DNA from: Eledone cirrhosa
Lineage: Eukaryota
DNA length: 64,000 nt
Assembly: GCA_964016885.1 (NCBI GenBank)
Contig: OZ024744.1
Span: 69,006,001-69,070,000, forward strand
Reading direction: 5' to 3'
Within the stretch, counting starts at the first letter, position 1, and every line of letters starts with the position of its first letter. The translations under genes and the position numbers were made by a program. The notes under the pieces were generated by a model. The model saw only the letters and a list, made by a program, of their open reading frames with translations. It was not told the DNA's origin and ran no database searches. Of this stretch, positions 27,107 to 39,503 are shown one piece after another.

Positions 27107-27801
27107 GCGATGAAACCGTTGTGCGCGCACTCGTTCAGTGCCCGAGCATTGCTGACTTGTGGAGCTATGTCGAACAGTTGCTGTCACGTGTGGGACTGAT
27201 CCGGTTGTCGACTGAGTCCATTGTGCAGATGGTCTCGCCGTCTTCCTTTAAGGAGGAAGGGCAGGCGGTTTTCATCTGCCTGGTGGCCATGGCGAAAGAG
27301 ATTGTGTGGTGGACAAGGTTAAAAGGATTAAAGACAAACACTTTCCTCTTCGGCGAATCCCTGATTAACTTTTTCAAGTTTCACTTGAAGAGGAAAATCA
27401 GGGTGGAGAGGCAAGTGCTGCTTTCTAGCAAGTTTGTTGAAAGGTGGGTGAATGTAGCGAGAATGGTCCGAGTGAACGGGACCGCTCTGAATATACGTCT
27501 GTAGTTTGAGAGATGGAAAAATTGAGAGAGGGCGCTTGCCCTGGTGGTCAGGGTGGCTGTGGTCTTTTGTGTGGTTTTCGCCACGAGTAACCCTCGGAGG
27601 TTTCCTCTCTATTGGGGAATTTTTCTGTTTCAATTTTCATTTTATTGTTTATATATATATATGTTTTATGGCTTTTTTCCTTTTCTTATATAATAATAAA
27701 AATATTTACACGCACAAAACCCACATCGCACCGTCCTGTACCGTCCTGTGCCGTCTGTGATGTTTTTCTTGATGTCAGCCCTTGTGGCCAATAAAGAAAT
27801 C
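27107..27801 (+). mobile_element. 5'-truncated L1/Tx1 LINE of a second, diverged subfamily
   Basis: ORF 27121-27504 homologous to 33177-33593; ends cccttgtggccaataaagaaatc(att)n. Confidence 0.9.
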
Positions 27802-28036
27802 ATTATTATTATTATTATTATTGAATGCCATGGTTGACGGAGGCTCGGCTCTGTAAGGTATAGTAATTTTTAACCGTTAAAACAATTGTAAATTGTTTAA
27901 AACTTGAACCAAATTGTTGATAAAGACACCCTCCTCCTCGTGAGAGGGGTCTTTCTGTCCTTTATTTGGCCCTTCGGGGTTAAATAACCAGTTATTGGGG
28001 TTTTGTACCCAATATTCATTTTAAACAAAAAACAAC

Positions 28037-30173
28037 ATGGCTACGAAAAAGAAATTTCATACGTCACTCCCACTCATTCCGTCTTCTTCCTCAATCATCA
28101 CTACAGCAGAGAGAAGATTGTCTCTTTCCATCCCTTCTTTAAATGTGTCTCTCTCCCTCCCTTCTCTTTCGCAAGTGACGAAAGAAAAGAAAATCTCGTG
28201 CAAAGCGTGCAAGGTTTCTCCACGACGACGACGACAGCGACGAAACAGGTGTGCGGGAAATACGAAAACCCAGTTCATTCGTCTGACGTCAGGAATAATA
28301 GCAGTAGCAGCCGTAATAACAACAGCAACAGTGACAATGAAAACAACAGTAGCAGCCGCAAGAGCATCACCAGCAGCATAAACAACAACAGCATTAGCAG
28401 CAGCAACACCAACAACAACCACAGCAACAGCGGCGGAGGCAGTAGTCGTAGTACCTGCAGCAACAACAAAAGTACCAGCAGCTCTGACGACAACAACAAC
28501 AGCAGCAGCAGAGAAAAACCAATCTCATTTGCAGGTATTGCGAAAAACTTGGAAACAATCCCCATAACAAATGAGGAATTAGAGGAAGCGAAGAAGATGG
28601 TGACAAAGAACGGACACCGAGCAATCTGCAAGGCAGCGGAAAAATTTTTCGAAACCCAAGAGCACTGTACGGTCACGTACCGTACAGTAAGTACAAAATC
28701 CCGTAGGGTGGAAAGAGCCACAGAGGCCCAAATACAAAAAGCCTTGGGGTCTGTGTGGCAGCGGAAAACGCACATCACCCGAGGCAAAAAATATGCCACC
28801 GTAGACGTACTTTTTGCCACACCCCAGGAGGCAAAGGCCCAATCAGTAGTGACCCTAAGGAGCGAGGAAATGGTGTTGGTGCCCTCCTACTGCGGGCAAA
28901 AAATTGTGAGGGTCAAACTGACCCACGTCCCCCCCCCGGAATGGCCCCTTCTTGGCTGGCCGCGTCTGTCCTCGTCGGAATCGAGGACAAAACAACTGTA
29001 CTGCAAGTACAGAAAAAAGTAAGAGAAGATTGGGTAGGCACCTCCATTGAGATGCTAATCCAAACCAACCAGGAGTGCATCGAAGCTATCCCGGATGTCA
29101 TAGACTTCGATAACGGCACTCAACTGCCCATAAGTGTTGAGGGCAAACGCCCGAAATGCTTTCGCTGTGGATCGAAGACTCACCTCAGGGCCTTCTGCAA
29201 CGAGAAGACCCTGAGAAAGGAGAAAACCCTCCTCCTTCCGAATACGGCTCCACGGCTACCAGCAACAGGACAAGCGGCAACCAGGAACGATAGGTCCGTG
29301 GCACCCATACCCACTCCACGGAAATCAAAAACAGCAGCAGCAGTGGAAATATTAACAACAACAACAGCAATACCAAATGCAGCTGCAACAGAGACTCCAG
29401 TGCAAACATCACCAACAACAACAAGTGAAAGAGTGGAGCTGGTACCCCTCCCCGACCTCACAGAATCAGACATGGAGTGTGAGGTAGGAGAGGGATGGCA
29501 AAAGGTCGTAAGAAGGCACAAACGCAGAAGCAGCGCATCGTCGCCTTTGAAAAGTGAGGAAAGAAATGAGAAAAGGGTAAAGTCTACTGCAAAGAGACCC
29601 ACAGCAGCAACACCACCAATACCATCACCACCCACACTAGCACAACCATCACCACCGGCGACAACCCCACCGCCAACAACACCTTCAACACCACCACCAC
29701 AAGCACCAACATCGCAAACACAACAACAAAACACACACACCCAGCAACAACGACAAGAAAATAGCAGAACCACACCCCACCCCCAGAAAAACAAATGCAC
29801 GGCAATAAATACACACAACAAGAAACTAATGACTTACATAATTGAACACACAGACATTTCACAACAGGACTACATAATACCAGCACCAATCAAAACGCCA
29901 ACTAACATAAGACTGCTAAAAATAGCACAGAAACAATACACAAACATTAAAACGAAATTCCCCAACGCAGTTGGTGATTTCAGGGACCTAGGAGGAATCA
30001 TCAATCGAAGAGTATATTCAGACATTCTCTTAGAAGAGCCGACGACCAGCCGAAGGGACGATTCAACGGTCCCTTCACCAGACGATCAAGTGAAAAGGGA
30101 TGTAAAAAACCATCCCTCCTCTACCAAAAGTACGGTAAGTGGTCTTTCCCATCTTTTCCACTCTATTTTAAAC
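28037..30173 (+). pseudogene. Tx1 ORF1 (gag-like; low-complexity N-terminus, RRM-like middle, zinc knuckle), frameshifted across three frames
   Basis: ATG 28037 (MATKKKF); segments in ORFs 28037-28381, 28003-29022 and 28755-; shift at the poly-C run near 28930. Confidence 0.75.
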
Positions 30174-33100
30174 ATGACCTCACTCAGAATAGGCAGCATA
30201 AATGCGCGTGGCTTGGGGTCGTCATGGAAGCAGGGTCACCTGCTCAACGACCTCAGGTCACTAAACATAGATGTAGTGGCCATCAGCGAGACCAGAATCT
30301 CCGAAGCACGGGCCTTCGCACCGATCTTCGGCGGCTACGATGTGTACGCATCTCCCAGCCGTCCTGGATCGGGTGGAGGAGTTGCTGTGCTTTTTCGGAG
30401 AGGTTTGGATCTCGCCATACGGGCCATCTTCCTGGACCCAGAGGGTAAGCTGGTGGTGCTGGACGTGACCAGCGGAGACGGGCAAGCTTTCAGGCTAGTG
30501 GCCGTCTATGCCCCGACAGGAGCAGGGCGGCCTGATTTCTTCCGGCGTCTGGAGACCTTTCTTGGAACGTCCCGCTCTTTAGTGTTAGTGGGCGACTGGA
30601 ACGGGATCTTAGATGCACGCTGGGACTGTGTGGGATTAGCGGATAGGGGTGGAGGGTGCAAGAGCCTCACCAACCTGCTCAGGCGTTTTGAACTGTCTGA
30701 CAGGTACCGATTGGATTTCCCGAATGTGCCAATGTGGACTTGGACAAACCGCATAGGGTCATCCAGATCATATCTAGATAGAGTATTTTGTAGGGAAATA
30801 GATAGGTCTAGCATAGGCTGTCCACAATTCAAGATAGTCAGCTACACGGACCACAAATTCGTGATCTGTGTGCTTGACTTAGATAGGTTTCATAGACGAG
30901 GACCCGGCTACTGGAAGCTAAACGCGTCCTTACCAGCGCGTAAGGCCTACAGAGACCGGATTAGCGAACTAGTTAAGCGGGCGTTGACGGGGGCGATCGT
31001 CAACAACAAGTGGTGTTTTGCTCTGAAAAGAGCGATTAGAATAGAATCGATTAGGTTTAGTAAGGCTTTAGCAATAGAGAAAAATAGAGCAGAGGGAGAA
31101 CTAGTTAGAAAATTAGACGAGGCGCTTAGCAAAGGCATTGCGACCGACGTGCTTGCGGCGAAATTGGCCCTTGACCAATTCTTCAATGCAAAGCACGAAG
31201 GTTGCGTTGTCAGAGCAAGGGTGCGTGCTCTCAGACACGAGGGGACGAAAGCCGTTCAATGGGCCCGAGTGGCGGAGGCGCGTCGTGGCAACAAAGCCAC
31301 GATCCGGTCATTGGTGGACCACGACGGGCGCATGCTACTCGATCCCGGGCAAATGTGTGAAGCTTTTCAGCGACACTTCGCTCAGCTGTTCGGGGGCAGC
31401 GGTGGGCCGGGTAGAGGGATGGACTTTAGTGTCTACCTCGACGGACTGCCGCGGCTCTCGGCCACTGAGGCGAAGTGTTGCGAAAAGCCGATAACAGCCG
31501 CTAAAGTAAGGGAGGCAATGACTGGCGGCACAAGGGGTAAATCGCCTGGTTTGGATGGTCTGCCCTATGAACTTTACGTACAGATGCCAGACTTGTTCGG
31601 AGGCCTCTTGTCGGACGTCTACTGCAACTGGCAACAGAACGGGAGAATTCCCAGTTCTGTGAGCCGAGGAGCGGTGGCACTGCTGAGAAAGGATCTGAAC
31701 AAGGCGGATAACATAGACAATTTCCGGCCAATAACTCTGCTAAACACAGAGTTCAAGATTTTGGCCAAGGTGCTAGCAAAGAGGTTGGCGCTTGTCGTTG
31801 GTGGTCTGGTGGGAGAGGCGCAGACATGCGCCATTCCCGACAGATCCATCCACGACAACCTCCACCTCATGCGATACATCATAGAGAGGGTAGCTAAAGA
31901 ACCTGGCACGGGTGGGTCCTTGATCAATTTAGATCAGTCGAAAGCTTTCGATAGGGTCGACCATCGTTACCTAGCGGCAGTCCTGAGGGCGGCTGGCTTT
32001 GGGCCCGTCTTCAGAAGCTGGATCGCTGCCATGCACAGCGACATCTGCTCTGTGGTGAGAGTGAACGGTCACCTGTCGGAACCGTTCAACATCATGCGCT
32101 CGGTCCGCCAAGGATGTCCCCTCTCGTCCCTCTTGTACGTATTGACTCTCGAGCCATTACTACACAGTCTGGAGACGTTGAGGGGAGTCCCGCGCGAACT
32201 AGGATGCGGAAGATCCGTGTCAGCATATGCGGACGATGTCACCGTAGTGGTGTCGAACGCCAAACACATCGAGGCGATCGGCACTACACTAAGAGAATAC
32301 GAAGCGGTGACAGGAGCAATGATCAACCAGGAAAAGTCAGTGGGCCTGCAGCTCGGCACCTGGAGAGGCAGGTCCATGCCGTCCAACAGCGTCGTCGGAC
32401 GCTGGACGGACGGACCGGTTAAATTGCTAGGGCTCTGGTTCGGTCCGGACCTCCAGACGGACAAAAACTTGGACGAGGTGACGAGCAGGGTGGCTTCTCT
32501 CACCCAGAAATGGGTGGAGAGGAAGCTATCCCCTGAAAGGTCGAGCGGAGGTGGCTAACGCGTACATCGCGTCTGTCATCTGCTACCGCCTGACCGTCGT
32601 ACCTTGTCCTAAGCCTCGCCTGACTGCGCTGGAGCGTTTGCTCTTTCGCTTTTTGTGGAAGGGACGTGCTCCGATGGTCAGGCGGTCCATCTGTTGTCAA
32701 CACCCGCTACGTGGAGGGCTGGGCATGCCGTGGCTGATGATGCGCAGGCACGCGCTCAGGCTACGACATCTCCACCTCTTCCTCGACGGTGATCAGGTGT
32801 GGTCGCCGTTTGCTAGGCGCGTATTTCCCCAGCTCGTTTCCTTGACGGAGCTGCAGTCCTGGGTCAAGCGAAGACCGAGAGGGAGCACCTGGAGACTGGA
32901 ATGTCTTCAGGCGCTCACAGCCCTCGACCAATCGGGCAATGTGATCGGTGGAAACTCCACCTCGGCGTTCTATAGAGGATTAGTGGAGGGTAAGAGCGAC
33001 GACGTACTTGGGGAAACTCTAGGCGTCGACGAAAATCAACTAGCCAATCTCTTCGAAAGAACTTTCGGGCCGGGGCCTATGGACAACTTCCAGAAATCTC

Positions 33101-33593
33101 TGGCCTGGCAGTGCTACCGAGGAGCCTTGCCAGTTCGGGATAAACTCTACAGGCATGGAGGTGCCGTGAGCCGGGCGTGTCCGAGATGCGCGCAGGGCGA
33201 CGAACCGTCCTGCACGTACTCGTCCAGTGTCCGAAAATTGCTGACTTGTGGGTTTATGTCGAACACCTGCTGTCGCGTTTAGGACGGATCCGGCTATCAT
33301 CTGAGTCCATCGTGAGGATTGCCCCGCCCTCCTCCTTTAGCCGGGAAGGGCAGGCAGTTTTTATCTGTCTGGTGGCCATGGCGAAAGAGATAGTATGGTG
33401 GACACGTTTGAAAGGGCTGAAGACGAGCACTTACCTCTTCGGTGATGCTCTGATTGACTTTTTCAAATTTCATTTGAAAAGGAAAATCAGAGTAGAGAGG
33501 GAAGTGCTCTCTTCCCAGCATTTTGTTGAAAGATGGGTGAGAGAAGCAAGAATGGCCCGAGTGAATGGGCCTACTCTGAGTATATATCTGTAA
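30174..33593 (+). pseudogene. Tx1 ORF2 (APE + RT + zinc finger), frameshifts near 32530 and 33203
   Basis: Starts MTSLRIGSINARGL; continues in ORFs 32551-33282 and 33177-33593. Confidence 0.92.
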
Positions 33594-33852
33594 ATTAAAG
33601 GTGGAAAACTGGGAGAGGGCAATTGCCTTGGTGGTCAGGGTCATTGTGGCTTTTTACTGGGCTTTCTCCACAAATGTCCCTCCGAAGTCTCCCCCCTATT
33701 GGGGAATTTTTCATTGTTATTTTCATTGTTATTTTTGTTACATCCTCTGTTTTTGTTTTTTACACGCAGAAATGCCCATTTGTACCGTCCTGCATTGTCC
33801 TGCACTGTCCTTAATGTCTACTTTATGTAAACCCTTGTGGTTAATAAAGAAA

Positions 33853-33896
<44 letters not shown>

Positions 33897-33903
33897 GTTA
33901 TTA

Positions 33904-34617
33904 CTCTTTGAGTCTCAGTCATTGATGTTAGTTAACTGGAAAGTTTGTTGAGATGAATATCAAGCCAATACCTGCAGCCTCAGATATTCAGGACGTATCG
34001 GAGGGTTCTTGCTGTTCCCAGCAAGCATGCCTTTTGAAGCGTTCCAAAAAGCGTGAAGGGGCCAATTTTCTTTCACCATCCCTGGAAACTTTTTGAGATA
34101 GTCCCTAGTGCGCCTATGACAATCGGGATCACTTTGACTTCATGGCAGTTCCAAATCCTTTTTACCTCCCACTTTAAGTCCTGGTATCGGTTAATTTTCT
34201 CCCTCTCCTTCTTTTGCACTCTCGTGTCGAATGGACAGGCCACATCCACAATCAGGCACGATCTTTTTTCTTTGTCCACAACCACCAGGTCAGGTCTATT
34301 GTGTTCCAGTTTCTTGTCCGTCTGTATCCTAAAATCCCACAACACCTTCACCTGATCGTTTTCTATCACCGCCTCTGGTTTATGCTCATACCACTTCTCA
34401 GAATGTGGTAAATTGTTTACTTTGCACAGGTGCCAGTGGATCACCCTGCCCATAACATCATGTCTTCAGCGCTTATAGTGAGTCTGGGCTAAGTGTTTAC
34501 ACTCGGATACAATGTGAGCCACAGTCTCCTCTCTCTCTCCACAGATCCTGCACAGTGGGCTAGCCTCCTTCTTGTAAATGTGGTGTTTCAACCACTTCAT
34601 TTTGAGGGCCTGCTCCT

Positions 34618-34619
<2 letters not shown>
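33904..34619 (-). mobile_element. Second Dong/R4 copy, more 5'-truncated (CCHC + REL endonuclease)
   Basis: Homologous to 25266-25950; flanked by (TAA)n. Confidence 0.92.
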
Positions 34620-34678
<59 letters not shown>

Positions 34679-34852
34679 ACTCTGCTTACTTACCGGAAAC
34701 TACACATCGAGTTCTGACTTTAGTGAACCTACAGCAACTGGACGTTACAATCCCTAAGAGATGGCAACATGAATGAACCTGTTCTTTCTCTAAAAACATT
34801 GCTTTCCGATTCCGCGCTGCCCGTCCCTTCAATCTTTCTAATTTCTTATTCT

Positions 34853-34890
34853 ATCTTCTGATGAAAGACTAGCTTCCGAAACGTTAGGAC
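34853..34890 (+). ncRNA. Minimal hammerhead ribozyme
   Basis: tctt-CTGATGA-aagactagcttcc-GAAACGTT-agga. Confidence 0.6.
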
Positions 34891-35040
34891 CTTCCTCCTG
34901 CTATTTCAAGCTTTAAACTAATATATTCCTTCCATATACTGTACCGATTATGTTGTTGCTTCTGTTTCACTTTTACACACACTCACACACACACATGTGT
35001 GTGTGTGTGTATATATATATACATATATATACTTATATAC

Positions 35041-35146
<106 letters not shown>

Positions 35147-35312
35147 ATATATATATATATATAAGAATTAAAATACTAGAGTGTGTTGGAGTTAAACACC
35201 CTCTTCGTATTATAGAAATGACAGTAAAGGTATAGCTCAATGTAATTAAACAGAGCCGAAGAATTATGAAAATAAACCAAAGAACCCTTCAATACATCAA
35301 AAATCTTTATTA

Positions 35313-35350
35313 GCCAACAATGTTTCGTCCTATTAAGGACTCATCAGGGC
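35313..35350 (-). ncRNA. Minimal hammerhead ribozyme with canonical stem II; inverted copy at 41957-41994 (+, CTGGTGA)
   Basis: Reverse complement: gcc-CTGATGA-gtcc-ttaata-ggac-GAAAC-att-GTT-ggc. Confidence 0.85.
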
Positions 35351-35631
35351 AATTAAAGCCATAAGAAGCACTATCGGTCAATACAAGCCAAAAACTTAGA
35401 AGAATATGGAGTGTACATATATTAAAGCATAGGAAAATTATCGGGTAAAAATTATCAAGTAAAAATTGGTAAGGAAGTGAATAACATTTTGAACCATATT
35501 ACAAATATAGTCCAATGCAAAAACTAAAGCTAAACAAAGGTGGTGATATAGAGCGGGAATTATTGTACTATATATAATATAATATAATATAATATAATAT
35601 AATATAATATAATATAATATAATTGATAATG

Positions 35632-35679
<48 letters not shown>

Positions 35680-35709
35680 TTAAAAGGCCCAATATACATA
35701 TATATAACA

Positions 35710-36428
35710 TCCCTAGGTCTTTCTTTTCTATCTTAGAGAAAAATTTCCCTCCTACTAATAAATACCATAGTATTTTTAATAAAAATGTAGTTACACTTTC
35801 ATTCTCTACCACCCCTAATATTAGTTCTCATTTAGCTAGCACTAACAATGGGAAAATTAGGGCTGGATACTCCTCTCTACGTACTACTAGTCTGAATAGA
35901 TCCATAAATACCTTACCACCTGAGCAGACCTTATCTCATAGTAACCCTTCAGCCGATCAATAGCACCCGAAAGTGTAACTGTAGAGTGAGTGCTAACTGC
36001 CCTTTGAGCGGTAACTGCCTCTCTAAGAACATCGTTTATGCTTGTGTAGTTAAAAACCAATTCCTCTAATAGCACATATATAGGCTCTACATCTAACACT
36101 TTTAAGACTAGGTTTAATTCTCATATCTCTAATTTTAAACATGTTAAGTTTAAGAATTCTACTTCTTTAGCACACCATATCTGGGATCTTAAGGGGGCTA
36201 ATATACCATATAGCCTTAATTGGCGAATAGTAGCACGCTCTAATAACCTTTCAACACATACTAAATTTTGTAATCTCTGTATCCTTGAGACCCACTCTAT
36301 AATTTTCTCTAGGGAAACCTTACTTAATAGAAAGTCTGAGATATTCTCTTCTTGCCCCCACGCCATTTCAAATTCTTACTTTTATTATAAACCTAAAGGT
36401 TCTAGTAGTGTAAATTGTATCCATTAGC
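35710..36428 (+). pseudogene. Decayed PLE (linker + GIY-YIG), same type as 6253-7400
   Basis: FFSILEKNFP..KYHSIFNKN..LSFSTTPN, CNC..CPL.GNCL, TYIGSTSNTFKTRF, HIWDLK, CNLCILE. Confidence 0.8.
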
Positions 36429-37976
36429 TGCTATACTCCCTTATCTTTTGGGTTTGGGTTCATTTTGTTTACCACCATCATTATCATCATTATTATTATT
36501 GGTTTTTAACAGCTTTTCATTCTAGCTTTCATAGTCTTTTGGCTACGATACCATATCTATCTTCTTAAATATTATATTTTCACTATTAACACCTTATGAG
36601 TTTATATCTGATTATATATCTTATTTTATATTATTTTATTTTATTTTATTTGGATTCTTCTTTGGATAACTAACCCCCCCTCCCCACACACACACACACA
36701 CACTTGTCATTCACCGCTTCAAATATACTATAATTATATTCAATTCCCTTTTATGCTCCTTTCTATTGTATAATACAGTATATTGATTATGATTTTATGC
36801 TCCTTCGTATCCTCCATACATTTCTTTTTTCTGTCCCCATTGGCCCACCATAATTCTATTTAAAGTCTGTTTATTAGATAACGTTATTCAACTGATAGTA
36901 GAATATTTCATTCTTTTCCAGATATTTTTATAGTGATATCTTGAACTTTGGAAATTTTGATTACTTAAACCATAGCTAATTTTGTATTGACTTATTATGT
37001 ATTTTAAATACTTTCAATATTAATTAATTTAATAGGGTTTTCTAGTCATTTATCCGAGTTTGTTTCCTAAATTTTTTGCTTAACTGCATGTGACAACTAA
37101 GTAAATACTTTTGTTTTTGTTTTTCGATTTCCGGTTGATTTTATTTATATATTTATACTACCGTGCGTAGTTTTCTGTCTGGTTCTCATTCACTTACTCA
37201 CAAATGTCTGTACACCAACCACGTAATTATGTATATCTGTTAGAACACGAAAAGTGTGAAACACAGAATGTTCACTTTTCGTGTTCTAACATATATGCCT
37301 AGCTTCTTTAAAAATTTTTCGGGGATAGCCGTGGTGGTGATCGTATGTGATTGGCTAATTTTCAACCAATCAGAGTACCTCTCTCTATATCTCTTCCACT
37401 GTTACTTACGCCTGTTTCTCTCTATCTGTTCCGTCTCTATTTATATCTCTTACTCTTTCGCTTTGCACTCCTCCCCTTCAATACCATCTCTCCCCCTCTC
37501 TATATATTTGTTACTCTATCGCTGCACGCTCCTCTCCTTCAATATATCAATTACACACGCTTTACACTCCTTTATCCCCAGCGCCCCTATATATACACCC
37601 CCTCTCCCGCATCTATATTTTAATGTACCGTTGCACCGTGAATACATGTGTCTATATATATATATACATATATATTGTATATACACATTCATGTATGTGT
37701 ATACACACTCATGTATGTATATACACTGGTTTTATGTGTGTATTGTAAATTTGTACTGTTAAAACACGAAACTAACATTCGATTGACACTTTGATTACCT
37801 GTACAGGCAATAGTTATTAGAATGCTGTTGAAGTGTGTATATATTTTTGGGGGACATCCTGTATATACACACATTATATATAATACAATAAACAGATAAA
37901 TACACACATATATATATGAGCTTATTTAATTATAAATATTGTGAATTTTTAACTCAGTTCAATTATATATATAAAT

Positions 37977-38021
37977 GGCTTCTACAGGACTAGAACTGTT
38001 TCATTCGAAAGAAATCATCAT
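37977..38021 (-). ncRNA. Hammerhead copy related to 7821-7871, 5'-truncated at the core
   Basis: Reverse complement: TGATGA-tttctttcgaat-GAAAC-agttctagtcct-GTA-gaagcc. Confidence 0.55.
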
Positions 38022-38423
38022 AATATTGAGAGGGGGGACTAGATAAAATATTTCAAATCAAATGTGTATAAGTTATAAGTTAAAATGTATAAATAGAGAC
38101 GATAGTGGAGGTATATCTGTTTAGTGGAACAGTAGACGATAGAATTAAATACAGACGATAATCTCCCTTTAATGAAACAGCAGACGATAGAATTAAGGCA
38201 ATTTAAATTTTAAGCATTTGCATTTTTGCCTTTCATCGTTACGGGGTCGATAAAATAAAGTACCAGTAATACACTGTCACTAGACGACTTTCAAATTGAA
38301 TTGTTGGTTCCATTTCTTTAGTATTTTCAATTGTAGTTATCTACTTAAAAAGCGTTACACGGTTAGAGACATAATTCGTAAGTTATATCTTCCCTATTAA
38401 ACCATTGCATTATTTCGCCTACA

Positions 38424-38610
38424 GGGCGGTGAATTGGCAGTATCGGTAGAGGGTTGGACGCCATGCTTTCTAGCATAGTTACGTCCCTTTACAGTCTGAG
38501 TTCAAATCCCGCCGAGGTTAACTTTGCCTTTCATCCTTACGGGGTCGATAAAATAAAGTACCAGTAATGTACTGGGTAATTTGCTGGCCTTGTGCCTAAA
38601 GTAGAAACAA
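38424..38610 (+). mobile_element. Full-length SINE with 15 bp TSD attatttcgcctaca (38409-38423 / 38610-38624); partial copy at 38225-38276
   Basis: Head, core, tail and TSD read directly. Confidence 0.93.
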
Positions 38611-38833
38611 TTATTTCGCCTACAATAGAACAAAAATGAAATGTTCTTTAAAGAAACAGGAATATAACTTTATAAAAAAAAAAGTTGCATCCGCTTCTTT
38701 TATCATTGATAATTTTTTCGTTTTAATATTAATTGTTTTTTGCAGTTGTTTATATTAAAAATCTTACTGTAATATTTACTTAAACGAAGGCAAACATCTA
38801 AACTTATAGATTAATCTTGAGCGAAGGACTAGA

Positions 38834-38940
<107 letters not shown>

Positions 38941-39329
38941 GAAGAATGATAAAATTTCAAGCAAAGAGTTTAATTAGGTATATTTTGTAATATTATTAAC
39001 TAATTATTATAATTAACGCGCATATTTTGCTATCCTCAAACACGTTTACACATGGCATGAAATATAACTAATCCGAGATGGCTAGGTTTCATCTTCTAAC
39101 TGGATAAACGAAATCCATTATGTCTTGACAACAACATGAGGTAACATTATGTTATTCACAGACACACTTTGTACACTGTTCCATATCAGAATGTATTTCC
39201 TTCGTCACATTCACAAACAGTATTGAAAATATGTTCTTCGGCAAATAAAAATGTTTTGTTCATAATATTTCAACTAGCGATTGCTCTACTCCACGCACGA
39301 CCACCATAAATTAATGACCAGCTCAACAC

Positions 39330-39503
39330 AAGTATTGGTAGAGCGTCAGACACCATGCTTTGCAGTATTGTTATGGTCCTTTGCATTCTAAGTTCAAATC
39401 CTGCCGAGGTTAACTTCGACTTTCATACTTACTAATTCGATAAAATAAAGTACCAGTAATGGACTGCCGTAATGGATTTGTGCCGAAAAATAGAAACACT
39501 ATT
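39330..39503 (+). mobile_element. Older, diverged SINE copy
   Basis: agttcaaatcctgccgaggttaac...gataaaataaagtaccagt...tgtgccgaaaaatagaaac. Confidence 0.8.

Larger units (their letters stand above)
27823..33854 (+). mobile_element. Apparently full-length (~6 kb) L1/Tx1-clade LINE with several frameshifts
   Basis: 5' UTR, ORF1 with CCHC knuckle (CFRCGSKTHLRAFC), APE endonuclease (INARG, ISET, VYAP, GDWN, LDR, TDH), GYWKLN, RT (KSPGLDG, RPITLLN, DQSKAFD, RQGCPLS, YADD), C-terminal zinc finger, AATAAA, (ATT)n. Confidence 0.95.

Noticed and set aside
27922-27960. cctcctcgtg in the Tx1 5' UTR, reminiscent of the P3/L3 of HDV-like ribozymes
   Set aside because: The flanks pair locally as a simple hairpin; I could not find distant P1, P1.1 GG, J4/2 or P2 partners.
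28275-33644. Antisense ORFs overlapping the Tx1 element
   Set aside because: Expected by-products of GC-rich or low-complexity coding sequence; no motifs.
37826-37865. Possible Tc1/mariner terminal repeat (reverse complement TA-CAGGATGTCCCCCAAAA)
   Set aside because: No partner TIR or transposase found in the window.
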